Shown piece by piece: positions 39,172 through 48,899 of a stretch of 64,000 nucleotides of DNA. A program made the position numbers and the translations under genes. A model generated the notes under the pieces. It was given only the letters and a program-made list of their open reading frames with translations, was not told where the DNA came from and did not search any database. Numbering within the stretch: position 1 is the stretch's first letter; the number at the start of each line of letters is the position of its first letter. Source of the DNA: Candidatus Methanophagales archaeon (lineage in GTDB: Archaea > Halobacteriota > Syntropharchaeia > Alkanophagales > Methanospirareceae); the NCBI GenBank assembly GCA_030602585.1, contig JAUVZJ010000005.1, positions 973 through 64,972 on the forward strand, written 5' to 3'.

Positions 39172-40143
39172 ATGATTAGCTATATTATACACACTTCCCT
39201 GATATATGCCCTTTACTGGATGGCAAAAATTGTTCCTGTCATTGCCATAGGCATCCTTGCAACGAGTTTTGCAGTTAACCTCGGGCTGATGAAAAAGTTT
39301 GACAGGCTAATCAAACCTCTTTCCAGTAAAGCGAATCTCAGCACGCTATCGGCTCTCTCGGTGGTAACGTGCACGTTTAGCCCTACTGCTGGTTATTCCA
39401 TGCTATCTGATGGACTGAACGAGAAAATTATTCCCGAACGCGAGGTCATCGCAACCACGGTAATCAGTTCTTTTCCAAGCAGCTTCTCTCACCTCTTCAC
39501 GTTTTACATACCTGTGGTGATTCCTATTCTCGGCATCACTACAGGGTCAATTTATGTGTGCCTGATGGGGCTTGTAGCATTCTTGAAAACGTGTTTTGGA
39601 ATATTTCTTGCACGAATATGGCTAAAAGACGCTAATGTTTTTTCATCCAGACCGCAATTATCCACCACGCATGACAATGCTCCAATTGAGGACAAAAAAC
39701 ACGAATTGAATAAAAGCGCCAGAAGCACATACAAAATGCTCAAAAGGATTGTGCCCACGATGTTCATCACCCTGTTTCTGGTATCCGTGGCGATGGAACT
39801 GAACTTGTTCGATTCATTTTCTACAATTTTGGAACCGTTCACAAACATGTTGGAATTAGAAAGCGAAGTCGTTCTAATCAGCGCAACTGAGATTGTGAAC
39901 ACTTATTCCGGGTTAATCCTTGCAGGCAGCCTTATGGGTAAAGGATTGATTTCGACAAAAGGGGTGCTAATCGCTCTATTACTGGGCAATGTGGTATCAT
40001 TCTCTACAAAATTTGTAAAACATTCATTACCCTTGCACGTATCGCTGTTTGGTCCTAAATTGGGAAGCAAGACGGTTGCGGTAAATGCTGCGACAACGCT
40101 TGCCATAGATGTGCTATTCATAATAGCATTACTGGTAATCTAA
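39172..40143 (+). CDS. polytopic membrane protein, paralog of 7904-8830
   Basis: Same length class and hydrophobic pattern, with shared motifs around the first loop. It sits between cobN and chlID. Confidence 0.4.
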   Translation: MISYIIHTSLIYALYWMAKIVPVIAIGILATSFAVNLGLMKKFDRLIKPLSSKANLSTLSALSVVTCTFSPTAGYSMLSDGLNEKIIPEREVIATTVISSFPSSFSHLFTFYIPVVIPILGITTGSIYVCLMGLVAFLKTCFGIFLARIWLKDANVFSSRPQLSTTHDNAPIEDKKHELNKSARSTYKMLKRIVPTMFITLFLVSVAMELNLFDSFSTILEPFTNMLELESEVVLISATEIVNTYSGLILAGSLMGKGLISTKGVLIALLLGNVVSFSTKFVKHSLPLHVSLFGPKLGSKTVAVNAATTLAIDVLFIIALLVI

Positions 40144-40323
40144 AATTATTTTCTTACAAAATTCTTTTATTTTATGCTTTTCGTATCTCAATATATATAA
40201 ATATATATGCTTTTAATAAAACCAAAAATCTTTTAATATGATTATGCACATCAAATTAAATGTTATTATATTATCTCAAATGGTTAAAAACAAAGAAGGA
40301 AAAAAAGGAAAGGGTGAGAAAAA

Positions 40324-42399
40324 ATGACATACCACATTAGAAGGGAGATATTGCCATTTACAGCAATTGTAGGGCAGGAGAAGATGAAGAAGGCGCTTAT
40401 TTTGAACGCTATTAACCCGCGTATAGGCGGAGTGCTTATAAGGGGCGAGAAAGGAACGGCGAAGTCCACTGCCGTTCGAGCTCTTGCAGAACTGTTACCA
40501 GAAATCGAGGTGGTTAACGGCTGTCCGTTCAATTGCAATCCTTATGACGAGGGGGAGATGTGCGACCTATGCTATGCGGAAAAAACGAATGGTGAAAATC
40601 TGGAAGCGGCGAAGCGAAGGATGTGGGTCATAGACCTTCCGTTAGGTGCTACCGAGGACAGGGTCGTGGGTTCAATAGACGTTGAAAAGGCAATAAAACA
40701 GGGAATAAAGGCGCTGGAGCCGGGGATATTGGCTGCTGCAAATAGGGGTATTCTCTATATTGACGAGGTAAACCTTCTTGATGACCACGTTGCAGACGTC
40801 ATTTTAGATTCGGCTGCGATGTCAATAAACGTTGTCGAGCGAGAAGGTGTCTCGGTTTCTCATCCATCCAAGTTCATCTTGGTGGGAACGATGAACCCTG
40901 AGGAAGGCGAGCTCAGACCTCAACTTCTGGATAGATTTGGTCTTCAAGCGAGTGTAGAAAGTATAGACGATGCAGAGAAAAGGGTAGAAATAGTGAAGCT
41001 GGTAGAAGGTTTTGAAAGGGACCCGGGAGAGTTCGAAGAGCGATTCGAGGAAAAACAAAAAGAGTTGAGAGAGAAAATTGTGCAAGCGAAACAAATAGTT
41101 AATGAGGTGGAGATTAGCGATGATTTACTGAATCTAACTGCAGATACCTGCATAAAACTCGGCGTCAGGACACACAGAGCTGAAATCGTTATAACCAGAG
41201 CGGCAAAAACGATTGCTGCATTTGATAGCAGAAAGAAAGTCACTTTTGAGGACATAAAAGAGGCGATGGAATTAGCACTTCCGCACAGAATGCGCAGAAA
41301 GCCTTTTGACCCACCAAGTTTGGATACTGAAAAACTCGATGATATGATGTCGGACACAAAAGAGCAGCATAAAGGTGAGAAACAAGAGAATGAGCAAGAG
41401 CAAAGGAAAGAACACGAACATAAACACACCCCCACAAATCCAGAAAGTGAAGATGCTAACAACAATGATGCTGTGAAAGAAACAGAACCACAGAAGGAGT
41501 TTGTTTTTGACATAGGCGACCCGATTGATACCGGAGTAGTAAGGCAAAAACAAAAGAAAGACAGAACATATCGCAGGAAGATTTCCGGAAGAAGAATACC
41601 CACACTCTCTCTTCGTAATAACGGGAAGTATGTGCGCTGTGGATTCCCGAAGGGAGAAATAAAGGACGTTGCACTTGATGCTACGATACGTGCAGCGGCA
41701 CCTTACCAGAAAGAGAGAATGGTTGATTCAGACTTAGCTGTTGTTATCAAAACTCAAGATATTCGAGAGAAGATTCGTGTAGGAAAGGTGTCAACAGCAA
41801 CGATGTTTGTTGTGGATGCCTCTGGTTCAATGGGTGCGAATCGAAGGATGGAGAGTGCAAAAGGTGCTGTTCTCTCTTTATTACTGGATTCGTATCAACA
41901 AAGAGACAAAGTTGGAATGGTTGCGTTTAGAGGTGATCAGGCAGATGTTTTGCTTCCTCTATGTTCAAGCGTAGATTTAGCATATAAAAGCTTGAAGGAA
42001 CTCCCAACTGGCGGAAGAACACCTCTATCAGCAGGTCTGGAAAGGGGATTTAATCTTCTGATGAATGAAAAGCAGAAGGACGAAGGAGCGATACCCGTGC
42101 TGGTGTTAATATCTGACGGTCGTGCAAATGTTTCATCTTCAAATAAAGATATTAAAGTGGAGTTGTTAGCGCTCGCTGAGCAGGCGCGTGCTAAGGGTAT
42201 ACATGTGATTGTGATTGATACCGAAGTAATTAATAAATCGTTCATACAAATGCAGCTTGGATATTGCAGAGATATAGCGAGCTATTCCGGGGGAAAATAT
42301 TATTCCATCGTTGATTTGACATCACAAGCAGTGCATGATATTGTGATTCAGGAGCGAGAGCGAAGTTTATCGAATGATTTGCAGGCTGTTTTGGGATGA
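40324..42399 (+). CDS. Mg-chelatase-type ChlI/ChlD fusion: AAA+ ATPase plus C-terminal von Willebrand A (MIDAS) domain
   Basis: Walker [10 protein letters not shown], ChlI core, acidic linker, and vWA domain [10 protein letters not shown]...LISDGRAN. Confidence 0.8.
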   Translation: MTYHIRREILPFTAIVGQEKMKKALILNAINPRIGGVLIRGEKGTAKSTAVRALAELLPEIEVVNGCPFNCNPYDEGEMCDLCYAEKTNGENLEAAKRRMWVIDLPLGATEDRVVGSIDVEKAIKQGIKALEPGILAAANRGILYIDEVNLLDDHVADVILDSAAMSINVVEREGVSVSHPSKFILVGTMNPEEGELRPQLLDRFGLQASVESIDDAEKRVEIVKLVEGFERDPGEFEERFEEKQKELREKIVQAKQIVNEVEISDDLLNLTADTCIKLGVRTHRAEIVITRAAKTIAAFDSRKKVTFEDIKEAMELALPHRMRRKPFDPPSLDTEKLDDMMSDTKEQHKGEKQENEQEQRKEHEHKHTPTNPESEDANNNDAVKETEPQKEFVFDIGDPIDTGVVRQKQKKDRTYRRKISGRRIPTLSLRNNGKYVRCGFPKGEIKDVALDATIRAAAPYQKERMVDSDLAVVIKTQDIREKIRVGKVSTATMFVVDASGSMGANRRMESAKGAVLSLLLDSYQQRDKVGMVAFRGDQADVLLPLCSSVDLAYKSLKELPTGGRTPLSAGLERGFNLLMNEKQKDEGAIPVLVLISDGRANVSSSNKDIKVELLALAEQARAKGIHVIVIDTEVINKSFIQMQLGYCRDIASYSGGKYYSIVDLTSQAVHDIVIQERERSLSNDLQAVLG

Positions 42400-43493
42400 A
42401 AATGACGTCAAGCACTGAGACCATATCAGGAACGAGAACAAAGAGCGCCGAAATAAAAGAGCAATACAAAAAGTTTATCGGAAGGAAAATTCTATTTATC
42501 CTTTTTTCCCTCATCCTAATTTTTATTATCGCAGGCATAGCTGCAACACTTGGCTCTTATCCTATCACAGTCACTGAGGTCTACTCAATAATATGGCAGG
42601 GTCTATTTCAAAATCCGGAAACGACAAAAGAGATTGTCGTCTGGAACTTGAGATTGCCACGCATCATAATGGGTATTTTAGCTGGCATAGGGCTTGCAAT
42701 TGCAGGCACGATGATGCAAGGTATTTTAAGAAACCCACTTGCAAGCCCCTTTACGCTGGGAATCGCATCAGGTGCGGGGTTTGGTGCGGCTCTTGCTATC
42801 CTTTTAGGTGCGGGTATTATCGCTGGTGAGACTGGTAAGTATCTCATCATAGTAAATGCGTTTGCCTTTTCTCTCATTCCCACATTTGTTATCATAGGAT
42901 TGACCCGTTACAAAAGAGCTACGCCTGAGACAATGATTCTCGCTGGTATCGCAATGTTATATATCTTTAGCGCGGCGACGACTTTATTAATGTACTTTGC
43001 CGAATCAGAAGCGGTAAAAGCAGCATATTTCTGGATGGTTGGCAGTCTTGGAAAAGCTTCATGGGATGCCATCCTCCCAGTATCTATCATGCTTGCAGGT
43101 TGTGTTCCCCTGCTTCTGTGGAAGTCATGGGATGTCAACGTAATGGGTGCTGGAGATGAAACTGCAAAAAGCTTGGGCGTAAATGTCGAACGAAGCAGAA
43201 TCCTTATATTGGTTATTGCTTCTTTGATGAGCGCAGGCATTGTTTGCTTCACCGGAACCATTGGATTCATAGGATTGGTTGCCCCACACATGTGCCGCAT
43301 GGTTATCGGTGGTGATAACCGGTTTTTAATTCCTGCTTCCGGTTTTTTTGGTGCCGCCCTTCTACTTGGGGCTGATACCCTCGCAAGAACAATCATAGCA
43401 CCTGTAATCCTCCCGGTAGGAGTCTTGACATCCTTCATGGGAGGTCCTTTATTCCTTTACTTGATAATGAGAAAAAGGAGGGAGTTTTGGTGA
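42396..43493 (+). CDS. btuC: FecCD/BtuC-family ABC permease (intact) with ~30-aa N-terminal extension
   Basis: 10 TM FecCD fold ([24 protein letters not shown]). The N-terminus [25 protein letters not shown] is the sequence recurring as stubs elsewhere. Confidence 0.8.
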   Translation: MKMTSSTETISGTRTKSAEIKEQYKKFIGRKILFILFSLILIFIIAGIAATLGSYPITVTEVYSIIWQGLFQNPETTKEIVVWNLRLPRIIMGILAGIGLAIAGTMMQGILRNPLASPFTLGIASGAGFGAALAILLGAGIIAGETGKYLIIVNAFAFSLIPTFVIIGLTRYKRATPETMILAGIAMLYIFSAATTLLMYFAESEAVKAAYFWMVGSLGKASWDAILPVSIMLAGCVPLLLWKSWDVNVMGAGDETAKSLGVNVERSRILILVIASLMSAGIVCFTGTIGFIGLVAPHMCRMVIGGDNRFLIPASGFFGAALLLGADTLARTIIAPVILPVGVLTSFMGGPLFLYLIMRKRREFW

Positions 43494-43494
43494 A

Positions 43495-44295
43495 ATGAAA
43501 CTAAAAGTAAAAGAGGTAGAGTTCAGCTATGCAAGTGTGCCTATACTCAAGGATATATGTATAGAGCTTGCCGCATCGGAGATGTTAGGCGTGGTGGGTC
43601 CAAATGGCGCAGGGAAATCTACGCTGATCAGATGTATAGACAGGATTTTAAAGCCTCAGCGCGGAATCATACTGCTGGATGAGCGTGATATAAAAGATAT
43701 GCGTCTAATGGAACTCGCCAAAAAAATAGGGTATATCCCACAAAGCACTTCTCAGATCTTTCCTGCTACGGTCTTCGATACCGTTCTCATGGGCAGACGT
43801 CCTCATATTGGGTGGCGAAGCAGCGAAAAAGATACTGAAATGGTTTTAGAGATGCTGCAAATGCTGAACATCGAAGAGTTCGCCATGCGGGACATTAACG
43901 AACTCAGTGGTGGTCAACAGCAGAAAGTGTTTATTGCACGCGCACTCACGCAAGAGCCTGATGTCCTTTTGTTAGACGAGCCCACTTCTAACCTTGACAT
44001 AAAACACCAGCTTGAAGTAATGGACATCATAAAAAACATCGTGATAGAAAAGCAAATCTCGGCGATTATGGCTATCCATGACTTGAATTTAGCTTCAAGA
44101 TACGCCGATAGGATACTAATGATGAATAGCGGTAAGATTTTTGCCGCAGGCAACCCTGTTTCTGTCCTTACACCGGCTAATATAAAATGGGTTTATGGTG
44201 TGGAGGCTGAGGTGAACAATAACAACGGAAGACCGTATATCGTGCCTATAAGACCTGTAAGAAAAATGGAGGTAGAAATGGGGTGTGAGGTGTGA
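43495..44295 (+). CDS. btuD: BtuD/FecE-family ABC ATPase
   Basis: Walker A GPNGAGKST, signature LSGGQQQK, Walker B LLLDEPTSNLD. Confidence 0.8.
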   Translation: MKLKVKEVEFSYASVPILKDICIELAASEMLGVVGPNGAGKSTLIRCIDRILKPQRGIILLDERDIKDMRLMELAKKIGYIPQSTSQIFPATVFDTVLMGRRPHIGWRSSEKDTEMVLEMLQMLNIEEFAMRDINELSGGQQQKVFIARALTQEPDVLLLDEPTSNLDIKHQLEVMDIIKNIVIEKQISAIMAIHDLNLASRYADRILMMNSGKIFAAGNPVSVLTPANIKWVYGVEAEVNNNNGRPYIVPIRPVRKMEVEMGCEV

Positions 44296-44298
44296 GGT

Positions 44299-44412
44299 GT
44301 GAGTGGGATAAAGAGGTTTGAGGATTTGAAGGTGTGGCAGAAGAGCCATGAACTTGTGCTCGAAGTTTATAAAGTTACATAGCAATTTCCAAATGAAGAA
44401 AAGTTTGGATAA
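44299..44412 (+). pseudogene. degenerate four-helix-bundle (TIGR02436-like) gene remnant
   Basis: (GTG) SGIKRFEDLKVWQKSHELVLEVYKVT then an in-frame TAG, then QFPNEEKFG and further stops. Flanked by (GGTGTGA)3 and cctcaaacctc repeats. Confidence 0.55.
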
Positions 44413-44550
44413 GTGAAGAAATAGGAAGAATGTTAAATGGACTAATAAAATCACTCTCAAACCGAAAACGTGAGGAGGTGAAGACGTGAGGTGTGAGAAT
44501 CAGAAGGCAGGACTCTGGCTCCTCAAACCTCACCACTCAAACCTAAAAAA

Positions 44551-45429
44551 ATGAGACAAATAGCATTTTATGGCAAAGGAGGCGTTGGAAAATCCACAGT
44601 AAGCTCAAACATCGCGGCGGCATTGGCTGAGCATGGGGTCGCCGTGATGATGATTGGCTGCGATCCAAAGCACGACTGCACGAGGAACTTGCGAGGCGAT
44701 GCTGAGATACCAACTATCCTTGACGTATCACGTGATAAAGGTATAGAGCGGTTGGGTCTTGAAGGGCTGGTAGAAGGAAATAAAATCGAGCTGGATGAAG
44801 TCATCTACAAAGGTTACAGGGGTGTTTACTGTGCAGAGTGTGGAGGCCCAAGACCGGGTGTTGGATGCGCAGGTAGAGGAGTTATTGTTGCGATAGATTT
44901 ACTCAAGAGGCTGAATGCCTTCGAAGAACTAAAGCCGGACGTGGTGATATACGACGTGCCGGGAGATGTAGTATGTGGTGGTTTTGCGATGCCCCTGCGG
45001 AGAGGTTTGGCAGACGAGGTCTATATTGTAACATCAGTGGATTATCTTGCTCTTTACGCTGCAAACAACATTTGCAAAGGTATCAGCGAGTTCGCAACCA
45101 AAGGAGGGTCTCCATTAGGCGGTATTGTCTATAATGTTAGAGGCATGCTTGACGATGAGGCTGTCGTCCACGACTTCGCAGAAAAGGTCAAGTCGCAAGT
45201 TATTGGGCACGTCCCTAACGCACATCAGATCGCAGAAGCTGAGATTGCGGGTAATACAGTGATTGAATATGACCCCGATAGCGATATTGCCGATTTGTTC
45301 CGGGAGTTAGCCCTGGGAATCTACACTAACACGCAGACTTCAGTTCCTGAGCCATTACCACCGGAAGAGATGACGAGAATAGGTCAGGTAATCAGGAAGA
45401 GGACAAAAGAGAAGTGGCAGCAGCGATAA
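44551..45429 (+). CDS. NifH/BchL/CfbC-family Fe-S ATPase (nitrogenase iron protein-like)
   Basis: P-loop [15 protein letters not shown], and both cluster cysteines ([23 protein letters not shown]). There is no adjacent NifD-like partner. Confidence 0.75.
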   Translation: MRQIAFYGKGGVGKSTVSSNIAAALAEHGVAVMMIGCDPKHDCTRNLRGDAEIPTILDVSRDKGIERLGLEGLVEGNKIELDEVIYKGYRGVYCAECGGPRPGVGCAGRGVIVAIDLLKRLNAFEELKPDVVIYDVPGDVVCGGFAMPLRRGLADEVYIVTSVDYLALYAANNICKGISEFATKGGSPLGGIVYNVRGMLDDEAVVHDFAEKVKSQVIGHVPNAHQIAEAEIAGNTVIEYDPDSDIADLFRELALGIYTNTQTSVPEPLPPEEMTRIGQVIRKRTKEKWQQR

Positions 45430-45448
45430 GGATAAAAGTATTTGTATA

Positions 45449-45487
45449 GTCATGATGCATGATGCATGATGCATGATACAAGATACA
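45449..45487. repeat. (CATGATG)4 tandem repeat plus left arm of the inverted repeat CAAGATACAGG flanking the four-helix-bundle gene
   Basis: catgatgcatgatgcatgatgcatgatacaagatacagg. The right arm at 45874-45900 reads cctgtatcttgcatcctgtatcttg (two units). Confidence 0.7.
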
Positions 45488-45492
45488 GGAGA

Positions 45493-45873
45493 ATGAGGGC
45501 ATTTCAGACATATAAGGATTTGGAAATATATCAGTTAAGTCATGATTTGGCAATTGAAATTCATAAGGTAAGCCTTAGCTTGCCAAAATTCGAGTTATAC
45601 GAAGAAGGGAGCCAACTGAGGAGATCTGCTAAGGCTATTCCTGTGAATATCGTTGAGGGATTTGGTCGCCGCCGATACAAAAATGATTTTATCCGATTTC
45701 TTACATTTGCTTTGGCATCATGCGATGAAACAAAAGAGCATCTTAAAATTTTGTATGAGACAGAGGCACTCAATGATAACGATATTTTTGATAGCTTTAT
45801 CTTGAGATATGAAGAATTAGGACGAAAAATCCACAATTTCATTAAAGCTGTGGAATCTGGTCATAAATCATAA
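45493..45873 (+). CDS. four-helix-bundle protein (TIGR02436, 23S rRNA IVS protein-like)
   Basis: [25 protein letters not shown]...IPVNIVEG matches the family consensus. ORF track 45466 starts within the flanking repeat. The stop abuts the right inverted repeat. Confidence 0.65.
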   Translation: MRAFQTYKDLEIYQLSHDLAIEIHKVSLSLPKFELYEEGSQLRRSAKAIPVNIVEGFGRRRYKNDFIRFLTFALASCDETKEHLKILYETEALNDNDIFDSFILRYEELGRKIHNFIKAVESGHKS

Positions 45874-45929
45874 TCCTGTATCTTGCATCCTGTATCTTGA
45901 AACTTGACAGCTAAACAAATACAAGTTAC

Positions 45930-46121
45930 TCATTTCTCCCTTTTCGCAGTTATCGGGATAACTCCTTTCTCGAATTCCTCGATAGCCATCTCTATGGGGT
46001 CTATTTCTTCTGTTTCTATGAGCACTGGTGCACCCATGGCTATCTGCAGTGCTCTTGCCCCTATGATACGTGCTTTTTCGTATTTCGTGTATTTATCTCT
46101 TTCTTCTTCCAAGAAGATCAA
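45930..46121 (-). CDS. rpoK: DNA-directed RNA polymerase subunit K/Rpo6
   Basis: [17 protein letters not shown] motif. Position in the L18e-L13-S9-rpoN operon. Confidence 0.75.
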   Translation of the reverse strand: MIFLEEERDKYTKYEKARIIGARALQIAMGAPVLIETEEIDPIEMAIEEFEKGVIPITAKREK

Positions 46122-46151
46122 CCTTTCCTTGATTTGATTTGAATGAGAAAA

Positions 46152-46226
46152 TGGGGTTGCTGAGATTTGAACTCAGGTCTCGGCGTCCCGAACGCCGAAG
46201 GATAGACCAAGCTACCCTACAACCCC
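46152..46226 (-). tRNA. tRNA-Pro (anticodon CGG), no encoded CCA
   Basis: Manual fold of the reverse complement GGGGTTGTAGGGTAGCTTGGTCTATCCTTCGGCGTTCGGGACGCCGAGACCTGAGTTCAAATCTCAGCAACCCCA gives a 7-bp acceptor, D arm, anticodon loop TTCGGGA, T arm CTGAG/TTCAAAT/CTCAG. Confidence 0.8.
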
Positions 46227-46240
46227 CTTTATCTCCACTC

Positions 46241-46426
46241 TTATCCATACGGCGCTATCTCGTCTATCAGCTCTGCGTGCGTTAGAAGTATTCTTCGACA
46301 GCAATATCTGTTTATTCCCAGGCCGTCCAGCACCTTCCCCGGTTCCTCGTGCTTTATCCTTTCCCTATACTCCTCCCAGACATCGGATATTACTTTTCCG
46401 CATGTATAACACCTGACGGGAATCAT
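46241..46426 (-). CDS. rpoN: DNA-directed RNA polymerase subunit N/Rpo10
   Basis: [13 protein letters not shown]...YCCRRIL zinc motif. Confidence 0.85.
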   Translation of the reverse strand: MIPVRCYTCGKVISDVWEEYRERIKHEEPGKVLDGLGINRYCCRRILLTHAELIDEIAPYG

Positions 46427-46444
46427 TGGACTTCACCTACTGAT

Positions 46445-46876
46445 TCACCGATAAGACTTTTGCCTCTTCGCCCTTGCACCTTTTGCACCAAACTTCTTTG
46501 GCTCCTTCTTCCTCATGTCACTAACCAACAAGCTTCTATCATATCTCAGATAAGACTGCTTTAGTTCTTCATCCCCTGTCCAATCCACTAATCCACGAGC
46601 AATAGCAGTTCGTGCTGCTTCTGCCTGCCCCATGAAACCGCCACCGCGCACGTTTACCTCCGCATCAATGCTATCAATATCAACGTCCGGAAGCTGAGAA
46701 GCGATAACCAAAGGTTCCGCTATCTTTGCTCTTACCACTTCTGGCTCTATTATTTCCAGCGGTTTCTTGTTTATCCTCACAAGACCCTTACCCTCTTTTA
46801 TCGTTACTCGTGCAATTGCCGTCTTCCTCTTACCCACCTGATTCACTATTTTCTTTACCTTTGTTTTGGTACCCAT
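46445..46876 (-). CDS. rps9: 30S ribosomal protein S9 (uS9)
   Basis: Conserved C-terminal GARAKRQKSYR and GKRKTAIARV. Confidence 0.85.
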   Translation of the reverse strand: MGTKTKVKKIVNQVGKRKTAIARVTIKEGKGLVRINKKPLEIIEPEVVRAKIAEPLVIASQLPDVDIDSIDAEVNVRGGGFMGQAEAARTAIARGLVDWTGDEELKQSYLRYDRSLLVSDMRKKEPKKFGAKGARAKRQKSYR

Positions 46877-47298
46877 CCTAACTTTTCACTCACCTCCCCC
46901 AACGTTACATACTTGCGAGACAATCTTTCTGCCTTTGCATATTCCACTTTTTTCCTCTCACTCTTTTCATATTCTTCCGGTATGCCAAGATAAACCTTCA
47001 AACGAGAAAGAGCATCTCTTCCCCTTGCCTGCTTATAGGGAAGCATCCCCCTTATTGTCCTCTTCACAATTCTATCGGGCATTTTAGGGAAGAAGGGTCC
47101 TTGCTCTTTCGACCCCCTGTCCTTCTTTTCTTTGTAATCCGTAAATATTCTTTCTTTAGCACCGCTTATTATCACTCGTTCAGCATTAACGATTGCGATT
47201 TCCTTATCTTTCTCTTTTAGCAACTTCTTCGCCACTTCGCTCGCCAATCTTCCCAGAATGAGACCTTCCCCATCTATTATTTCCATTTCATCACCCAT
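46855..47298 (-). CDS. rpl13: 50S ribosomal protein L13 (uL13)
   Basis: IIDGEGLILGRLAS...VIISG N-terminus typical of archaeal L13. Confidence 0.85.
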   Translation of the reverse strand: MGDEMEIIDGEGLILGRLASEVAKKLLKEKDKEIAIVNAERVIISGAKERIFTDYKEKKDRGSKEQGPFFPKMPDRIVKRTIRGMLPYKQARGRDALSRLKVYLGIPEEYEKSERKKVEYAKAERLSRKYVTLGEVSEKLGWVPKQR

Positions 47299-47366
47299 CG
47301 CCTTTCTTTTTTCTTTAATAAACCTTTCTTTTCTCTTCTTTTTGATAAACTTTTTTTGTTTTTTGG

Positions 47367-47393
47367 ATCAAACCTTTTTCTAAAAGGTTTGAT
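47367..47393. other. perfect 12-bp stem / 3-nt loop hairpin between rpl18e and rpl13
   Basis: atcaaacctttt tct aaaaggtttgat. No oligo-U follows on the transcribed strand, so it is probably a processing or stability element and not a terminator. Confidence 0.5.
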
Positions 47394-47395
47394 TA

Positions 47396-47755
47396 TTAAA
47401 CGATAATCTTCACACCTGACCCTTTCGGGTTATTCTCCATCAGTTCCTCGATGCTCACGCACTTCCCGTGCTCGCTGATTTTCTCATACGCCTTTTTACT
47501 GAACCCCAACGCAGCAACGGTGACTGGCTTATCAATCGCTCCCGCGCTCAGTACCTTCCCCGGCACCAATATCATGTCATCCGCATCGGAATATCTATTT
47601 ATCTTGCTCAGGTTTACCTCTGCATAATTCCTTCGTGGCTTCTCCAATCGCTTCGCTATATCCTTCCATATAGGTGCGCGGCTCTCTCTTGCAATCCTCT
47701 TTAAATCTTCTATTAGCTTGTCAATCTTCGGATCCGCCTTCCTTTTTCTTCTCAT
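47396..47755 (-). CDS. rpl18e: 50S ribosomal protein L18e (eL18)
   Basis: 119 aa basic protein at the conserved operon position preceding L13. Confidence 0.7.
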   Translation of the reverse strand: MRRKRKADPKIDKLIEDLKRIARESRAPIWKDIAKRLEKPRRNYAEVNLSKINRYSDADDMILVPGKVLSAGAIDKPVTVAALGFSKKAYEKISEHGKCVSIEELMENNPKGSGVKIIV

Positions 47756-47834
47756 CTTTTCGCTTTCGCCTTTGCCTTCACCCTTCGCCTTTGAACATTT
47801 GAAGATACCTTTTTATAAAGGTTGTGAATGGAAT

Positions 47835-48716
47835 TCAATTTTTATCCACCATTTCATTCAAAAAAACCTTATATCCTCCCAATTTACCACCATAATTTCC
47901 CGCTGATATTTTCAGCAGTCCTTCAACGTCTCTCACGCTATCTATCGCCGCTTTCATCGCTTCTCTCACCGAATCAAGAGAAACACCATTTATAACGACT
48001 TCAGGAATGAAATTTACACCTTCCGGGACTTTCGACACGCTTATTTTCTGCTTTAACGTGGGGCAATAAGGGTGATTAGTCGTGGGACCTATCTCCGGAT
48101 ATTTCGTTTCCGGTTTAGAACCTGCAGCGCAAATATCAAAAGGGGTTATCGCACCTTCTACCCTGTTTATTGCGCTGATTGCCTTTTCACCCGCTTCTAA
48201 TGCCGCTTCCAGACTTTCGCAAAAGAACCATAAGTTCCCACCCATCACTCCCTTATTATAGCCTAAATAGTGTTCCACGAGGAATTCACCCATCATTATC
48301 GGTACCACTATTACTTCTCTTCCAAACCTTTGCTCAATTGTCTCGTATCCATCGCCGCAATGCCCTATTCCATTCATGGTATCAATTTTTCCATCGGGAA
48401 GCGCATTGAAGACCGATGTCGTAGGCACTACCAGTATCCCCTGCCGTATCCGTTTCGATATTTCGTATTCAAGCTTCTTTGCCGCGCCTTTATCATAATT
48501 CACCCATATTTGAACCAGCGCTCCTTTCCTGTCGTCAGGCGTTTCATGTGCATTCAACCATTTCTCTATCCCCCCCTCTGATTCACCAAAGACCGTGGAG
48601 GGCAATGCAGTGGCGCCGTAAGCCGCTCGCTTCAATCTCTTCTCATCTCTCGCTGTTATGCATAATCTCGCAAATAACCCATCGAATGCCTCACAGTAGG
48701 TGTCTTCTATTTCCAT
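47835..48716 (-). CDS. ftr: formylmethanofuran--tetrahydromethanopterin N-formyltransferase
   Basis: MEIEDTYCEAFDGLFARL...ITARD N-terminus and full-length colinearity with Ftr (293 aa). Confidence 0.85.
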   Translation of the reverse strand: MEIEDTYCEAFDGLFARLCITARDEKRLKRAAYGATALPSTVFGESEGGIEKWLNAHETPDDRKGALVQIWVNYDKGAAKKLEYEISKRIRQGILVVPTTSVFNALPDGKIDTMNGIGHCGDGYETIEQRFGREVIVVPIMMGEFLVEHYLGYNKGVMGGNLWFFCESLEAALEAGEKAISAINRVEGAITPFDICAAGSKPETKYPEIGPTTNHPYCPTLKQKISVSKVPEGVNFIPEVVINGVSLDSVREAMKAAIDSVRDVEGLLKISAGNYGGKLGGYKVFLNEMVDKN

Positions 48717-48899
48717 TTTTCAAAATTCAATAACCTCCCGCTTACGAAGCACGGTCAGGTCTATCGAGTATGCTTTTTTGCCTTCTATCTCGATGTCCTT
48801 AAAAGTTCGTGCCATCTCTTTCCTCACTTTATTGAATCTATAAAGATACAATAAATATATTCTGGACATCCTTTTATAATATATGGTATATCATTCATA

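Noticed and set aside
44283-45487. Heptamer tandem repeats (GGTGTGA)3 and (CATGATG)4 considered as CRISPR-like or microsatellite arrays
   Set aside because: They are far too short, lack a spacer/repeat organisation and have no cas genes. They are treated as flanking repeats of the four-helix-bundle cassettes.
47299-47395. T-rich tract on the plus strand, considered as a terminator
   Set aside because: The genes here are on the minus strand, where the tract reads A-rich. Only the hairpin was retained.
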